Shown: positions 39,197 through 49,095, counted from the first letter of the stretch. The stretch is 64,000 nt of DNA from Candidatus Woesearchaeota archaeon (GCA_018668595.1 JABJCP010000013.1:64116-128115), one strand, 5' to 3'. Notes: generated by a model from the letters alone, not told the origin. Program-made: numbers and translations.

Positions 39197-39915
39197 AAAA
39201 CTTTCTCCTCATCTCTTAATACTTTTAATAAATCAGGGATTTCATCACGTGAAAAAACTTTCTGTTTTCTCGGCGGAAAGTCTTCTAATTTAACAAGCTC
39301 GACTTTAGGATCTGACGTCGGCGAAGGATGAACAGAAACACTCTTAAATTGAGCTTTTAATAATTTAAACAAAGATGATTTAGCAACACCACCTTCAAAT
39401 TGACTGTTTAATTCAAGCAAACAAGGGATAGATGTTGCAACTTTTTCTCTAAAAGAATCTGTTTTTCTATTACACTCCACTTCTTTATCATTAATAATAA
39501 AATCATTACAGTCAGTAACACAAGGTAAGTTTAACATTTCAGCAGTAATTTGAGGAAGGCCATTAATTAACCCAGAACCTTGTTTTCCAAAAAGTAAAAG
39601 ATCAAATTCTTTTTCATGAAGAAAATTACCTAACGCAGTTGCTATAGTATGAGCATCAGCTTTTTCAAAAGCAGCATCATCAACCACAAGATGAACTGCA
39701 TCATCAACCTCAGAAGAAATTAATTTACGAATTGCAGACTCAACATAATCAGGCCCTACAACTGCAACAGTAACTCTCGCTCCCACATTTTCTTTTAACC
39801 TTAATGCTTCATTAATAGCACCAATATCAAAAGAATTAACTTCTACCTCCTGAATTTTATCAGGATCAATCTCTGCTTCATTCAATTTAAGAGTTACAAA
39901 CACAATAATGTTCAT
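39193..39915 (-). CDS. etfB: electron transfer flavoprotein beta subunit
   Basis: N-terminal MNIIVFVTLK... It overlaps etfA by 4 nt, and the gene order etfB-etfA is the usual one. Confidence 0.75.
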   Translation of the reverse strand: MNIIVFVTLKLNEAEIDPDKIQEVEVNSFDIGAINEALRLKENVGARVTVAVVGPDYVESAIRKLISSEVDDAVHLVVDDAAFEKADAHTIATALGNFLHEKEFDLLLFGKQGSGLINGLPQITAEMLNLPCVTDCNDFIINDKEVECNRKTDSFREKVATSIPCLLELNSQFEGGVAKSSLFKLLKAQFKSVSVHPSPTSDPKVELVKLEDFPPRKQKVFSRDEIPDLLKVLRDEEKVL

Positions 39916-40058
39916 TTAAAAACCTCGTTTTGATTATTATTTAACTATTTAACTAAATATGAATTATTATAAACTATAACATGAAGAAATAAAGCTAATA
40001 TTTAAAATTAATGAAAGTTGATAGTGAAGAAGTGTAACCCAAAATAAAGGACGTAAAC

Positions 40059-40406
40059 TTATTTTACTATCTCTACTTCAAAGCGATTTGATGATTTTGG
40101 CTCTATAATAACTCTCTGACCTTTCTGAAGATCAAAAAATTCAACAAGTTTTTTACCCAATTTTATATCTAGAGAATTTCCCGATGTTCCAATAGTTGTT
40201 TGAGATCCTAAACCCCATAGATTTTTCTTTTTTAATTTTTCTTCGATTTTATCTACAGATTCGCTACTAAAGAAAACCTCGCCACATTTAGAACAAACTT
40301 CTGCAGGAAATTTACCAATAAGAATATCATATTGGCGATATTCTGCTTGTTTCTTTAATAAATTTCCTTTTCCACATTCATAGCATTTTATCATTTTAAT
40401 CAACAT
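40059..40406 (-). CDS. antitoxin-like protein: YgiT/MqsA-type zinc ribbon fused to an AbrB/SpoVT-like swapped-hairpin domain
   Basis: Has CYECGKG...CSKCGE (a C4 ribbon) and a C-terminal SLDIKLGKKLVEFFDLQKGQRVIIEP block (AbrB/MazE-like). Overlaps the upstream toxin ORF by 11 nt. Confidence 0.5.
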   Translation of the reverse strand: MLIKMIKCYECGKGNLLKKQAEYRQYDILIGKFPAEVCSKCGEVFFSSESVDKIEEKLKKKNLWGLGSQTTIGTSGNSLDIKLGKKLVEFFDLQKGQRVIIEPKSSNRFEVEIVK

Positions 40407-40608
40407 ATACTGTTTTTATTATATAATTTTTTCCAACAATTTTGTAAGCAACTGCAAAATAAGAATATCTTGCTAAAAAACCATCTGTTTGTTTAAATTT
40501 ACACCCTCTTTTTATAGCAAATTCAACTTGTGTACGCGTTATTCCTCTTTCAGTCATCATCTCGACGGCATGCTTTTTGTAAACTATTTTAATACATTTC
40601 ATGAGCAT
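40396..40608 (-). CDS. DUF4258-family toxin-like protein
   Basis: 70 aa. KHAVEMMTERGITRTQVEFAIKRG matches the DUF4258 core, which is classically paired with YgiT-type antitoxins. Confidence 0.5.
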   Translation of the reverse strand: MLMKCIKIVYKKHAVEMMTERGITRTQVEFAIKRGCKFKQTDGFLARYSYFAVAYKIVGKNYIIKTVYVD

Positions 40609-40850
40609 AACCTCGAACTTGTACGAATTAGTAAGAATTCCAAATATTTAAATGTTTCTTTTTTTGAAAACATACAATATATTAAAATTTTAGTGTTTAT
40701 AAACTTTCAGTGGAAATTATAGAATTATTTTTAGAAACATTGGAGGGATTTTCGGTTTTGCTGGAGAAATTTTTGGTTAATTGATAAATAAATTGAATTA
40801 AATTCAATTTTTTTAAAAGATTTTCAACAGAAAACTATTACTCTTTAATC

Positions 40851-41939
40851 TTACTCTTTTATCAAATTAAACACAGTTATTTCATTCTTTGATCCTAATC
40901 TCATATATGGACCCCAAGTTCCAGTTCCAGGAGATACATAAAGTATAGTATCTTTATATCTGTATAATCCATTTACTGTAGGAAAGAATAGTTTAACAAT
41001 AAGATTAAATGGAAAAATTTGACCATTATGAGTATGACCTGAAAGAACTAAATCAAAACCATATTGATTTGCTAAACTAGGATTCATAGGTGCGTGATTT
41101 AGAAGAATCGAAAAATCTTCTTTAATCTGTTTGAACCGAGATAACTTATTGATAAATTTTGTTTTATCCTGCTCATAAGAAAAACCAATTAGATTAACTC
41201 CTTTAATTGTTTTTTGTTCATCATTCAAAGAAATTATTTTTGTCTGATTAATAATTGTAGAAATTTTATCTGAATCTTCATAGGTTTCGTGATTACCTGT
41301 GACAAAATAAACAGGCGCGTTTAATTCATCTACTTTTTTTAACATATTATTTGAAAGATGCGCAGTTCCATCAATTAAATCACCTGTAATTACAACAAAA
41401 TCAGGATTTATTTTATTTGTTTTGTCTACTAAAATAGTTAAAAAATCAGAATTTCTAACAGAACCAAGATGAACATCAGACCATTGAACAAAAGTTATGT
41501 TCTCAGAAATATTATTAGATGTATTATCAGATATTAAATTAACCTCTTGAACTGAAACAGATAATGCATTAATTATTGAGAAAATAGTTAGAATTGCGAC
41601 TATAACAATTATTGAAATTGCAGAATAAAAAGGATTTAGCTTAGCGAATAATCCTATTAATTCGTGGATGATCAGTATACACAAAAATAAAAATGCGATT
41701 CCCATCCATAAGGACGCTATGAAATATAATCCTTTAGTTGCAAAATTAAGAAAACGTTTTTCAAGAAAACTAAAAAAAGGATATGCTAAGGATACTATCA
41801 AGACTGTCAGGTAAAATAAGATATTTTTTTTGAAACCAAGCAAAGTAGTTAATCTAGAAAGAACATAATAATTCATTCCGCCATAAATTAGTATAAATAT
41901 TGAAATAAAAATTAAAAATTGCAATATTCTTATCATCAT
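40851..41939 (-). CDS. membrane-anchored calcineurin-like metallophosphoesterase
   Basis: Has 5-6 N-terminal TM helices. Also has WSDVHLG, GDLIDG, GNHE and GHTHNGQ. Confidence 0.7.
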   Translation of the reverse strand: MMIRILQFLIFISIFILIYGGMNYYVLSRLTTLLGFKKNILFYLTVLIVSLAYPFFSFLEKRFLNFATKGLYFIASLWMGIAFLFLCILIIHELIGLFAKLNPFYSAISIIVIVAILTIFSIINALSVSVQEVNLISDNTSNNISENITFVQWSDVHLGSVRNSDFLTILVDKTNKINPDFVVITGDLIDGTAHLSNNMLKKVDELNAPVYFVTGNHETYEDSDKISTIINQTKIISLNDEQKTIKGVNLIGFSYEQDKTKFINKLSRFKQIKEDFSILLNHAPMNPSLANQYGFDLVLSGHTHNGQIFPFNLIVKLFFPTVNGLYRYKDTILYVSPGTGTWGPYMRLGSKNEITVFNLIKE

Positions 41940-42022
41940 TTAAGGGATAAAGTTCTTATTAATAAATTTGATGGTCATCAAAAATAAAGATTGAAAATTA
42001 ATATAATAATGAAAGAATTAAA

Positions 42023-43147
42023 TTAAAGAACTCGAGGATCTTTTAAACCATGACCTGAGAGAATGCAAACAACTTGTTGACCTCGTTTTCCTAATTCTAA
42101 TTTTTTTGCGCCTGCATAAGACACTGCACCACTAGGCTCGACAAAAATACCTTGTTTACCCAGTTCTTTTCTTGCTTGAATTATTTCTCGCTCTGTAACT
42201 TGCTCAGTGATTCCTCTCATTTTTCTTAATCTGCTTAAAGCCTGAGTTGCATCAACAGGATGACCACAAGCAATAGCAGTTGCAATAGTTTTAGGAGATT
42301 TACACGTTGTGATGTGATCACATTTATTTTTATACGCTTTATATAATGGATTACAACCTTTTGCTTGGATTGCAGCCACTCTTGGAATTTTTTTAATTAA
42401 TCCCACTTCTTTTAATTCAAACAAAGCTTTGCATGTTGATGCTAATAATGTTGCATTTCCAACAGGAAGTGCAATAATATCAGGAGGATTCCAATTTAAC
42501 TGATCAATAATCTCAAATGCAACACTTTTTTCACCCTCTCCACGATATGCATAATCACCTGTTAAGTAAACATGTTTTTTTGCTCTTTGAGTTTTTGTTA
42601 GCTTAACTGCATCTTCATAAGTTCCTTTAACATTAACAATATTCGCACCCATGTTTTTAATTTGATTTGCTTTATTGGGCGGTGCAAAAGTAGGAAGATA
42701 AATTGTGCAGTTAATATTTGCACGTGCACTGTACGACGCAACACTTGCACCCATGTTACCAGTTGATGCACAAACAACTTTTTTAACACCCAACTCTCTT
42801 GCTTTAGTTATTTCAACAGTTGATCCGCGATCTTTAAAACTACCTGTAGGATTTGCAGCTTCGTATTTGAATAAGAAATTTTTATTATGATTAGATTCTA
42901 ACATAGGTGTTGCTCCTTCATTAAAAGAAACTATTTGATCATAATCATTAATCGGATAAAACGGCCAATACTTCCAATGAGAAGGAGGTTCTCTAAGAAA
43001 TTGACTTTTTATAATTTGTTTTTTTATTGAATGATAATCATAAACTAAATCTAAACTTCCACCACACGCATCACATTCAAAAATAATTTCGTCAGGATCG
43101 TGAGCGCGTTTGCATTCAACACATTGGATTGAGGTTGCGTGGGTTAT
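42023..43147 (-). CDS. thrC: threonine synthase (archaeal type with N-terminal zinc ribbon); CDS extended upstream of the ORF-track ATG to an in-frame ATA
   Basis: Has the PLP-lysine motif NPTGSFKDRG. The in-frame upstream extension encodes CVECK...CDACGG (zinc ribbon) and FNEGATP. There is no ATG/GTG/TTG in this stretch. A GGTGA Shine-Dalgarno motif lies 7 nt before the ATA. Confidence 0.75.
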   Translation of the reverse strand: MTHATSIQCVECKRAHDPDEIIFECDACGGSLDLVYDYHSIKKQIIKSQFLREPPSHWKYWPFYPINDYDQIVSFNEGATPMLESNHNKNFLFKYEAANPTGSFKDRGSTVEITKARELGVKKVVCASTGNMGASVASYSARANINCTIYLPTFAPPNKANQIKNMGANIVNVKGTYEDAVKLTKTQRAKKHVYLTGDYAYRGEGEKSVAFEIIDQLNWNPPDIIALPVGNATLLASTCKALFELKEVGLIKKIPRVAAIQAKGCNPLYKAYKNKCDHITTCKSPKTIATAIACGHPVDATQALSRLRKMRGITEQVTEREIIQARKELGKQGIFVEPSGAVSYAGAKKLELGKRGQQVVCILSGHGLKDPRVL

Positions 43148-43154
43148 TTTTGGT

Positions 43155-43159
43155 TCACC
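43155..43159 (-). promoter_or_regulatory. Shine-Dalgarno GGTGA for thrC
   Basis: The reverse complement of tcacc, with a 7-nt spacer to the in-frame ATA. Coordinates are ±1. Confidence 0.45.
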
Positions 43160-43198
43160 TTTTTTTGATTGAATTAATTAATTGATTATTTTTTTGTA

Positions 43199-43399
43199 TT
43201 ATTCTTCAACAACTGTAATACAACTTACGGGACAATTATCTGCTGCTTCTTGATTGCAACCAACTTCATCAAGTTCTGTTTTTTTTGGATGAGCTTTTCC
43301 ATCATCTCCCATTTCCCAATTATCACAAGCAGCTGCGCATGCACCACAACCAATACACATATCTTTGTTATGTTCAATTTTAACTTTTGCCATTGTCAA
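43199..43399 (-). CDS. fdx: ferredoxin (single [4Fe-4S]/[3Fe-4S] cluster type)
   Basis: Has CIGCGAC...CP in a 66-aa acidic protein. Confidence 0.75.
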   Translation of the reverse strand: MTMAKVKIEHNKDMCIGCGACAAACDNWEMGDDGKAHPKKTELDEVGCNQEAADNCPVSCITVVEE

Positions 43400-43420
43400 C
43401 TCCCTCTTTTAATTTTTACT

Positions 43421-43470
43421 GTTTACGCTTTACTTTTTACTTTTTATGCTTTACTTTTTACTTTTTGTGT
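43421..43470. repeat. tandem repeat (ctttactttttactttttatg units) upstream of the ferredoxin gene
   Basis: Direct reading: gctttactttttactttttat, two copies, with a nested 8-9-bp subrepeat. Confidence 0.65.
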
Positions 43471-43475
43471 TTTAT

Positions 43476-43715
43476 TTAAATTCCTAATTTTTCACTGATT
43501 TTTTCTTTATCAAAACCAACAATAATCTCTCCATCAATTTCTATTTGCGGAAGGGAAGTTGCACCACTTTTTTGAACCAACTCTTGTGCTTTTAATCTGT
43601 CAGCCATAACATCTACTTCTTCAAAATCAATATGTTTTTCTGTTAAGAATTCTTTAAGAATCTTACAACTAGAACACATTGGAGAAGAATAAACAATAAC
43701 TTTGTGATCAGACAT
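43476..43715 (-). CDS. glutaredoxin/NrdH-like small thioredoxin-fold protein
   Basis: Has a CSSC active site near the N-terminus (VIVYSSPMCSSCK) and GxD near the C-terminus. 79 aa. Confidence 0.75.
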   Translation of the reverse strand: MSDHKVIVYSSPMCSSCKILKEFLTEKHIDFEEVDVMADRLKAQELVQKSGATSLPQIEIDGEIIVGFDKEKISEKLGI

Positions 43716-44161
43716 TTTAAGACCTCCTTTTTGACATTTTATTTTTTCGATTAATTATGAACATACATAAATTGAATTTGTACAGAGTATATTTTGATAT
43801 TATTTAGAATAGAATAATAATTGAGATTTATAAAGGTTTGGTTATAAATATTTAAAAAACAAAATGGGGAAATATTTAAATATAAGTGCGATTTTTAATA
43901 TCAATACAATGGACTACCCAAACAAATATGATTTTCACCAGTTGAAACACAAAAAAGCAGCATGTGAAGAATGTGCTATGTTTGAAAAGTTTGGACAGTC
44001 ATGTTGGTTCTTTTGGGAACATAAAAAAGAATGTAGTCAAAAAGAACTTTAAGTTGTTTTAATTAATTATTAATTTATTTTCTAATTTTTATAAGAATTA
44101 AAGTTAAAAAATGAAAAAAATTATTATTTCGTTTAGTAAATGATTAAACACCAGATCTCAC

Positions 44162-45238
44162 CTAATAATTTAGTAAGGAATCAAATGCAGCAGATTTAAT
44201 TCCGTTTCCAGTATTGATTGTTGCAATTAAATCATATCTATCCAAAACAGAATCGTCTAAGTTTCTTATGTGTGCCAAACTTGCAGCACCACTAGGTTCA
44301 GATTCTCTTCCCAGTTGTCTAAATTGACCAAGTGCAAACAATATGTCTTGTTCTGTTACTTGATAAATCTTATCACCACTTTTTTTTGCAAATGTGAAAC
44401 CTTTATTTTTTAGATCCTCCAGACTTCGCTGCCAGGATTCTGAAGAATCACAAATTTTATCTGCAACAGTGTCTTTATTTCCAGTACTTACAGCACATAA
44501 ATCAATATCCAGACTACTTTGATCAATATCAAGACTACTTTGTTTTACGACAAGTTCGGAATCATCATAAAGCATTCCTGCTCCGAATTGAATTATTGCG
44601 AGAGTTTTTGGGAAGGTTGTTGGAAAGTTTTTGTATTTTTTATATTCTGATTTTATTTGCTCTATGAAATCAAACATTACCCTAGTGTAAGTTGGATTAA
44701 ATCCTTCAGTAATGTCTAATGAATTATCTTTATTTGCACAAATTCCTAACTCATTCATCTTATCAATACAAGGTTTTCCAAGCCAATATGTTTTTGTAAA
44801 ATCTACTCTGATTAATTTTCCACTTCGATATTTTTCCATTGCTAAACGAATTCTTTTTCCGTCAGTAAATCTGCCAAAACTATCAGGTCCAAGAATTTTT
44901 GAATCATAATGCTCAGGATAAAAATTTACAATCGTTACTTTTTGTTCTCCTAATAAATCATTGAGTTTATCTGCAAAAGCAAAATCTGCCATGCCCGCAT
45001 TTCCAGTCGAACCAAGATAATAAATAAACGGATTAGGAAACTGATTCTGCAAATAATGTAAACCCATCATCCAACCATGATGTGCTTTGTATGTTCCAGT
45101 TTCATTTATACTTTCATCCTTAATTGCAACTGTTTTATTATTGATTGTTGTAAAAATAACAGGAGTGGTTTTTGGTTTTAATTCAATCCATTTTTCAATG
45201 AGTTCTTTTCTTATTCGATCCATATTTTGTTCTAACAC
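44162..45238 (-). CDS. putative PLP-dependent enzyme (fold-type II, TrpB-like) of unknown specificity
   Basis: ETGTYKAHHG resembles the TrpB PLP-lysine motif TGSHKiNN. A Gly-rich GSTGNAG loop is present. Contains an in-frame 24-nt tandem duplication (QSSLDID x2). Weak. Confidence 0.3.
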   Translation of the reverse strand: MLEQNMDRIRKELIEKWIELKPKTTPVIFTTINNKTVAIKDESINETGTYKAHHGWMMGLHYLQNQFPNPFIYYLGSTGNAGMADFAFADKLNDLLGEQKVTIVNFYPEHYDSKILGPDSFGRFTDGKRIRLAMEKYRSGKLIRVDFTKTYWLGKPCIDKMNELGICANKDNSLDITEGFNPTYTRVMFDFIEQIKSEYKKYKNFPTTFPKTLAIIQFGAGMLYDDSELVVKQSSLDIDQSSLDIDLCAVSTGNKDTVADKICDSSESWQRSLEDLKNKGFTFAKKSGDKIYQVTEQDILFALGQFRQLGRESEPSGAASLAHIRNLDDSVLDRYDLIATINTGNGIKSAAFDSLLNY

Positions 45239-45359
45239 TTTAACACCTCTTTTTAGTTAGTACTTCTAAGTAGTTTATGTCGAGCATATTATAATTACTT
45301 ACCCCCTTTGGAGGTACACATTAGAAAAATTTATATAAACTAACTGCGTTTTTTTAGAT

Positions 45360-46091
45360 ATGGATACGGAAATATTAACAGAACTAGGATTTACACAAAG
45401 AGAAATTAAAGTTTATTTAGCACTCATAGAACTAGGAACTACAACAGTCGGCCCAATAACTGCAAAATCAAAACTACAATCTGCAAAAGTATATGAGACA
45501 CTTGAAAAACTAAAAGACAAAGGATTAGTAAGCCACATAATTGTTTCAAAAACAAAACACTTTCAAGCAGCAGATCCAAAAGAAATTCTCAATATAATAG
45601 ATGAACGAAAAAAAAGATTTAATGAACTTCTTCTTGAGCTTGAACTCAAACAAAAATATGCACAATCAAAACAAATCGCAATAGTTCATGAAGGATATAA
45701 ATCATTCAAAGCATTATTTAATAAAATCATCTCTGAGCTCGGAGAAAAAGATTCCTATTGGGCATTTGCATTCAAAAATGAATATCAAACAACAGCAGCA
45801 TCACTATTTTTAAGAAAATTCCACTCACAACTTGGTGAAAAGAAAATAGATGATAGATTGCTTGGACATATCAGTGTAAGAAAAGATATTAAAAAATCAT
45901 TTAAAGGAAATAAAAATATCAAAATAAGATTTACAAAAAATGAAACTCCTCTTGGAGTAATCATAATAAAGAATAAAGTAATCAATTTGGTTTGGAGCGA
46001 AAGACCAACAGCGATCGAAATTACCTCTGAGCAAATATATGAACAATACAAAAATTTCTTTTTAGAACTGTGGGAGAATGCGAAGAAATGA
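45360..46091 (+). CDS. TrmB-family HTH transcriptional regulator
   Basis: N-terminal LGFTQREIKVYLALIELGTTTVGPITAKSKLQSAKVYETLEKLKDKGLV matches the TrmB winged-HTH. Confidence 0.7.
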   Translation: MDTEILTELGFTQREIKVYLALIELGTTTVGPITAKSKLQSAKVYETLEKLKDKGLVSHIIVSKTKHFQAADPKEILNIIDERKKRFNELLLELELKQKYAQSKQIAIVHEGYKSFKALFNKIISELGEKDSYWAFAFKNEYQTTAASLFLRKFHSQLGEKKIDDRLLGHISVRKDIKKSFKGNKNIKIRFTKNETPLGVIIIKNKVINLVWSERPTAIEITSEQIYEQYKNFFLELWENAKK

Positions 46092-46174
46092 ATTTGTTAA
46101 ATCAGAAAAAAATAAAATATTAAAAAACATTAAAAAAATATTATCCTAATATGATAATATGATTTAGTTTTGCA

Positions 46175-47077
46175 TCATTGCAGTTTGCACATTGATTCTG
46201 CTCTTTTTAATTTGTAGTAATGAGCCATGTTTAATAGCGCAAAAATAAAATTAACCACAATTACAATATCTAAGATAAGACACCAAATGCAAAGTGACTT
46301 GATTACTGTTAATGAAATGTAAAACAAATAAACCGCACAAACCAATGCAAACAGAGTCATTAACAAATTAAGCCAATGGAAATGAATTCTATTTAAGCAA
46401 CCGCAAATTTTTCCAAGAGGATAATGGTTCCACAATATTTTTGAAGTAATTGCCAACAATAAAAAAAATATTGCTGCAAACATTGCTATAGGTACTCCTA
46501 AAATTAATGCATAACTACTCTGATTTACTGAATTGCAATCAAATAACGGCGTTAAAGAACCAATACAAAATCCTGAATAATATGAATAAGACAAATAAAT
46601 TGAAATAATAAATCCAACCAAACTCAAATAAATTGTGAGCAATAAGTTACTTTTTAACTCTCTTCTTGCCTCGCGCTCATAAGGACTTTTTTTTATTGAT
46701 TCATGAAAATTAATTGCAGGAGGATGTTTAAGATTCACAATCTTCTCTTTTTTTACTGATGAATCTACAATCTTAGGTTTAGAAACAGATCGAACAAGCT
46801 TCTTTTTTACAGGCTTTTTCTTTGCTGTTTTTTTTAGTTGCTTTTTCTTTACAGCATTTTTCTTAACTGGTTTCTTTTTAACTGCCTTCTTTTTAACTGC
46901 AGTTTTCTTAACTACTTTCTTTTTAACTGCCTTTTTTATAACTGATTTTTTCTTTACAGCCTTCTTTTTAACTGCAGTTTTCTTTACAGCATTTTTCTTA
47001 ACTGGTTTCTTTTTAACCGGCTTCTTAGCAGAACTCTTTTGTACCTTCTTTTTTTGAGATTTTTTTTTAGATGCCAT
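46175..47077 (-). CDS. VKOR (vitamin K epoxide reductase)-family membrane protein with an N-terminal lysine-rich (AVKKK)n tail; start set at the internal ATG (MASKKK)
   Basis: Has a loop Cys pair (FCIGSLTPLFDC) and a CIWC redox motif at the start of a TM helix, in a 4-5-TM core. About 120 aa of VKKKAVKKK repeats lie at the N-terminus. The ORF-track N-terminus MLVMSILIVDYLLLL comes from translating the upstream direct repeat. Confidence 0.55.
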   Translation of the reverse strand: MASKKKSQKKKVQKSSAKKPVKKKPVKKNAVKKTAVKKKAVKKKSVIKKAVKKKVVKKTAVKKKAVKKKPVKKNAVKKKQLKKTAKKKPVKKKLVRSVSKPKIVDSSVKKEKIVNLKHPPAINFHESIKKSPYEREARRELKSNLLLTIYLSLVGFIISIYLSYSYYSGFCIGSLTPLFDCNSVNQSSYALILGVPIAMFAAIFFLLLAITSKILWNHYPLGKICGCLNRIHFHWLNLLMTLFALVCAVYLFYISLTVIKSLCIWCLILDIVIVVNFIFALLNMAHYYKLKRAESMCKLQ

Positions 47078-47183
47078 TTTAGTGTAGTTAATATTTAGAA
47101 TATATTTAAGTTTTTCTATAGATGAGAATAGAAGCCAGAAATGATAACATAATAATAATAACAATAATAAGTAATCAACAATT

Positions 47184-47275
47184 AAAATACTCATAACAAG
47201 CAATCAACAATTATCAATCAATCAACAAATAAAATACTCATAACAAGCAATCAACAATTATCAATCAATCAACAA
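47184..47275. repeat. direct repeat, 45-bp unit (aaaatactcataacaagcaatcaacaattatcaatcaatcaacaa), two copies, upstream of the VKOR gene
   Basis: Two identical copies separated by 2 nt. caatcaa microrepeats continue to about 47300. Confidence 0.8.
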
Positions 47276-47278
47276 CAA

Positions 47279-47854
47279 TCAATCAACAATTAACAAGCCA
47301 ACCATATCCTGACAACCTGTTGCACAAAAAACAGGATTATCAAATTCAAAAGAACCGCTTTTATCAACTACAAACTCAAAACGAACAAAACCATCCTTGC
47401 TTACAAATTCATCAATGTCAAATGCTTCTAATGCAAAACCATAACTTCGATCTAAAGCAGAAACAGTCATAACAACATAATCTCCTTTGTCAACGCTGAT
47501 CATGTCAGGAATAAAAGTGTAATTAAATATATTAATTGAAATTGCCTTCTTATTTTTTTGAGATACAGGCTTTGCTGGTTGATAAGATTTTTTTACATTA
47601 CTTGAATCCACTTCAAGAATCTTTTCACCCTTTTCACTTAACGATTCGACCAATATATCCACGCTATCTGCTGATTTCTTTGAAGGTAATTCAAAAGACT
47701 CAGGATCAAATTTTCCTTGATCTAAATTGTTAAAATCTAGATTATCAGAACCTTGATCAGCACAAGAAGATAACAATAAACAACAAATCAACAAAATAGA
47801 AATTAGCAAAAAAGAAAAATTAAAAGTTGAAAAAAACAATTTATTAAAATTCAT
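47279..47854 (-). CDS. secreted lipoprotein with a cupredoxin-like C-terminal domain
   Basis: Signal peptide and lipobox (LLSSC). The C-terminus has FIPDMISVDKGDYVVMTV...FCATGCQDMVGLLIV, which resembles a cupredoxin/EfeO-type fold. Canonical Cu ligands are not all evident. Confidence 0.35.
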   Translation of the reverse strand: MNFNKLFFSTFNFSFLLISILLICCLLLSSCADQGSDNLDFNNLDQGKFDPESFELPSKKSADSVDILVESLSEKGEKILEVDSSNVKKSYQPAKPVSQKNKKAISINIFNYTFIPDMISVDKGDYVVMTVSALDRSYGFALEAFDIDEFVSKDGFVRFEFVVDKSGSFEFDNPVFCATGCQDMVGLLIVD

Positions 47855-47900
47855 TTTAATATAAACTCAGTTTAAATTAATTTTAAATTGATTTTAAATT

Positions 47901-47950
47901 TTGATTAATTCAGATTAATTCAGATTAATTCAGATTAATTCGAATTAATT
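47901..47950. repeat. tandem repeat, 10-bp unit cagattaatt, about 5 copies, upstream of the lipoprotein gene
   Basis: Direct reading. Confidence 0.75.
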
Positions 47951-47958
47951 TTAAAATT

Positions 47959-49095
47959 TTATTGACCCACAAGCTCTCCTGTTTCTAAATCCTTAAAGAC
48001 AATTCCACCCATATTTGCAACATTTCTAAAAACATAAGAATCGTCTTCTTCAACAGATCCAACAGACGCCCAAATCTGTGCTAATTGAGAATATACAGAA
48101 ACGCCTTCACTAAGAACAATAGTAGGAACTTGAGTGATTTCATACTTTTCTAAAATTTCCTTTCCTTCAGATGATGCAATGTCAACTGTTTTTTCTGAAT
48201 TAATCTTAACACCATACTTCCCCAAAATAGACTTATGAACTGCAACATCATAACATTCTTCACAAGACTCGTCAACAAGATATGTAACTTCCACTAATCC
48301 TTTTATGTTACCTGAATCAAAGTCATAATATGGTGCTCCAACTTCTCTTAAAACATACATACCGTCAGGTTCTACTGATCCCCTCTCTGCCCAAGTACCC
48401 GCGATATCAGGATACTCTGCTAAATCATTAGAAAACAAAAGCGTAGGTAATTTGTTTATATCATATTTTTGTATCAACTCTTTTCCCTCAGCAGAATCAT
48501 ATTCTACAACCTCAACCCCAGCAACAGTAAGCTGATCTTTAGCTAAATTCGCAATAACTCCATCCCAGCTTACACAATCTTCACAATCAGAATTTTTTAA
48601 ATGAGTAATTTGAACCGCACCTCTTTGCTCACCATTTTTTACTAAAACAAAAGGTGGTTTAACATTATCAAATAATAATACATCCTTAACTTGTTTGAAA
48701 CCAGGAAGTTTAACTTTATCAATTTCTCCAATAACTAGTATAGCAGGAATTTTTTCAATAGCATATTTAGCAACTAAAACTTGTGATTCAGGAGAACTAA
48801 CATCAAAAAAAGCCTCATTTTCAATCTCAATATTTTTTGCTTTAATTTTATTAACATCAGGTGCAATATCAGAACAAAGATTACAAGAAGCATCAGAAAT
48901 CACTGCAATACTAATTTTTGCAGGTGCCTTAACTTCATTAACATGATAAATAGCCGGACCTAATGCCTTGCCAATATCCATCAAAGAAACTGCATTGTAA
49001 ACAACCATTATAACTAAAAACGCGATTAAAAAAGGAATAAGTTTTGTTGTTAAAAAACTAGATTTTGATTTACGCTGTTTAGACATCATCACCAC
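47959..49095 (-). CDS. membrane-anchored extracytoplasmic protein with three thioredoxin-like CxxC modules (DsbA-like oxidoreductase)
   Basis: N-terminal TM anchor. Three spaced CxxC motifs (CNLC, CEDC, CEEC), each in a roughly 100-aa repeat. Adjacent to VKOR. Confidence 0.5.
   Translation of the reverse strand: MVMMSKQRKSKSSFLTTKLIPFLIAFLVIMVVYNAVSLMDIGKALGPAIYHVNEVKAPAKISIAVISDASCNLCSDIAPDVNKIKAKNIEIENEAFFDVSSPESQVLVAKYAIEKIPAILVIGEIDKVKLPGFKQVKDVLLFDNVKPPFVLVKNGEQRGAVQITHLKNSDCEDCVSWDGVIANLAKDQLTVAGVEVVEYDSAEGKELIQKYDINKLPTLLFSNDLAEYPDIAGTWAERGSVEPDGMYVLREVGAPYYDFDSGNIKGLVEVTYLVDESCEECYDVAVHKSILGKYGVKINSEKTVDIASSEGKEILEKYEITQVPTIVLSEGVSVYSQLAQIWASVGSVEEDDSYVFRNVANMGGIVFKDLETGELVGQ

Noticed and set aside
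47078-47203. N-terminal 42 residues of the ORF-track VKOR ORF (MLVMSILIVDYLLLLLLL...)
   Set aside because: This stretch is produced by translating the 45-bp direct repeat upstream. The protein more plausibly starts at the internal ATG (MASKKK).
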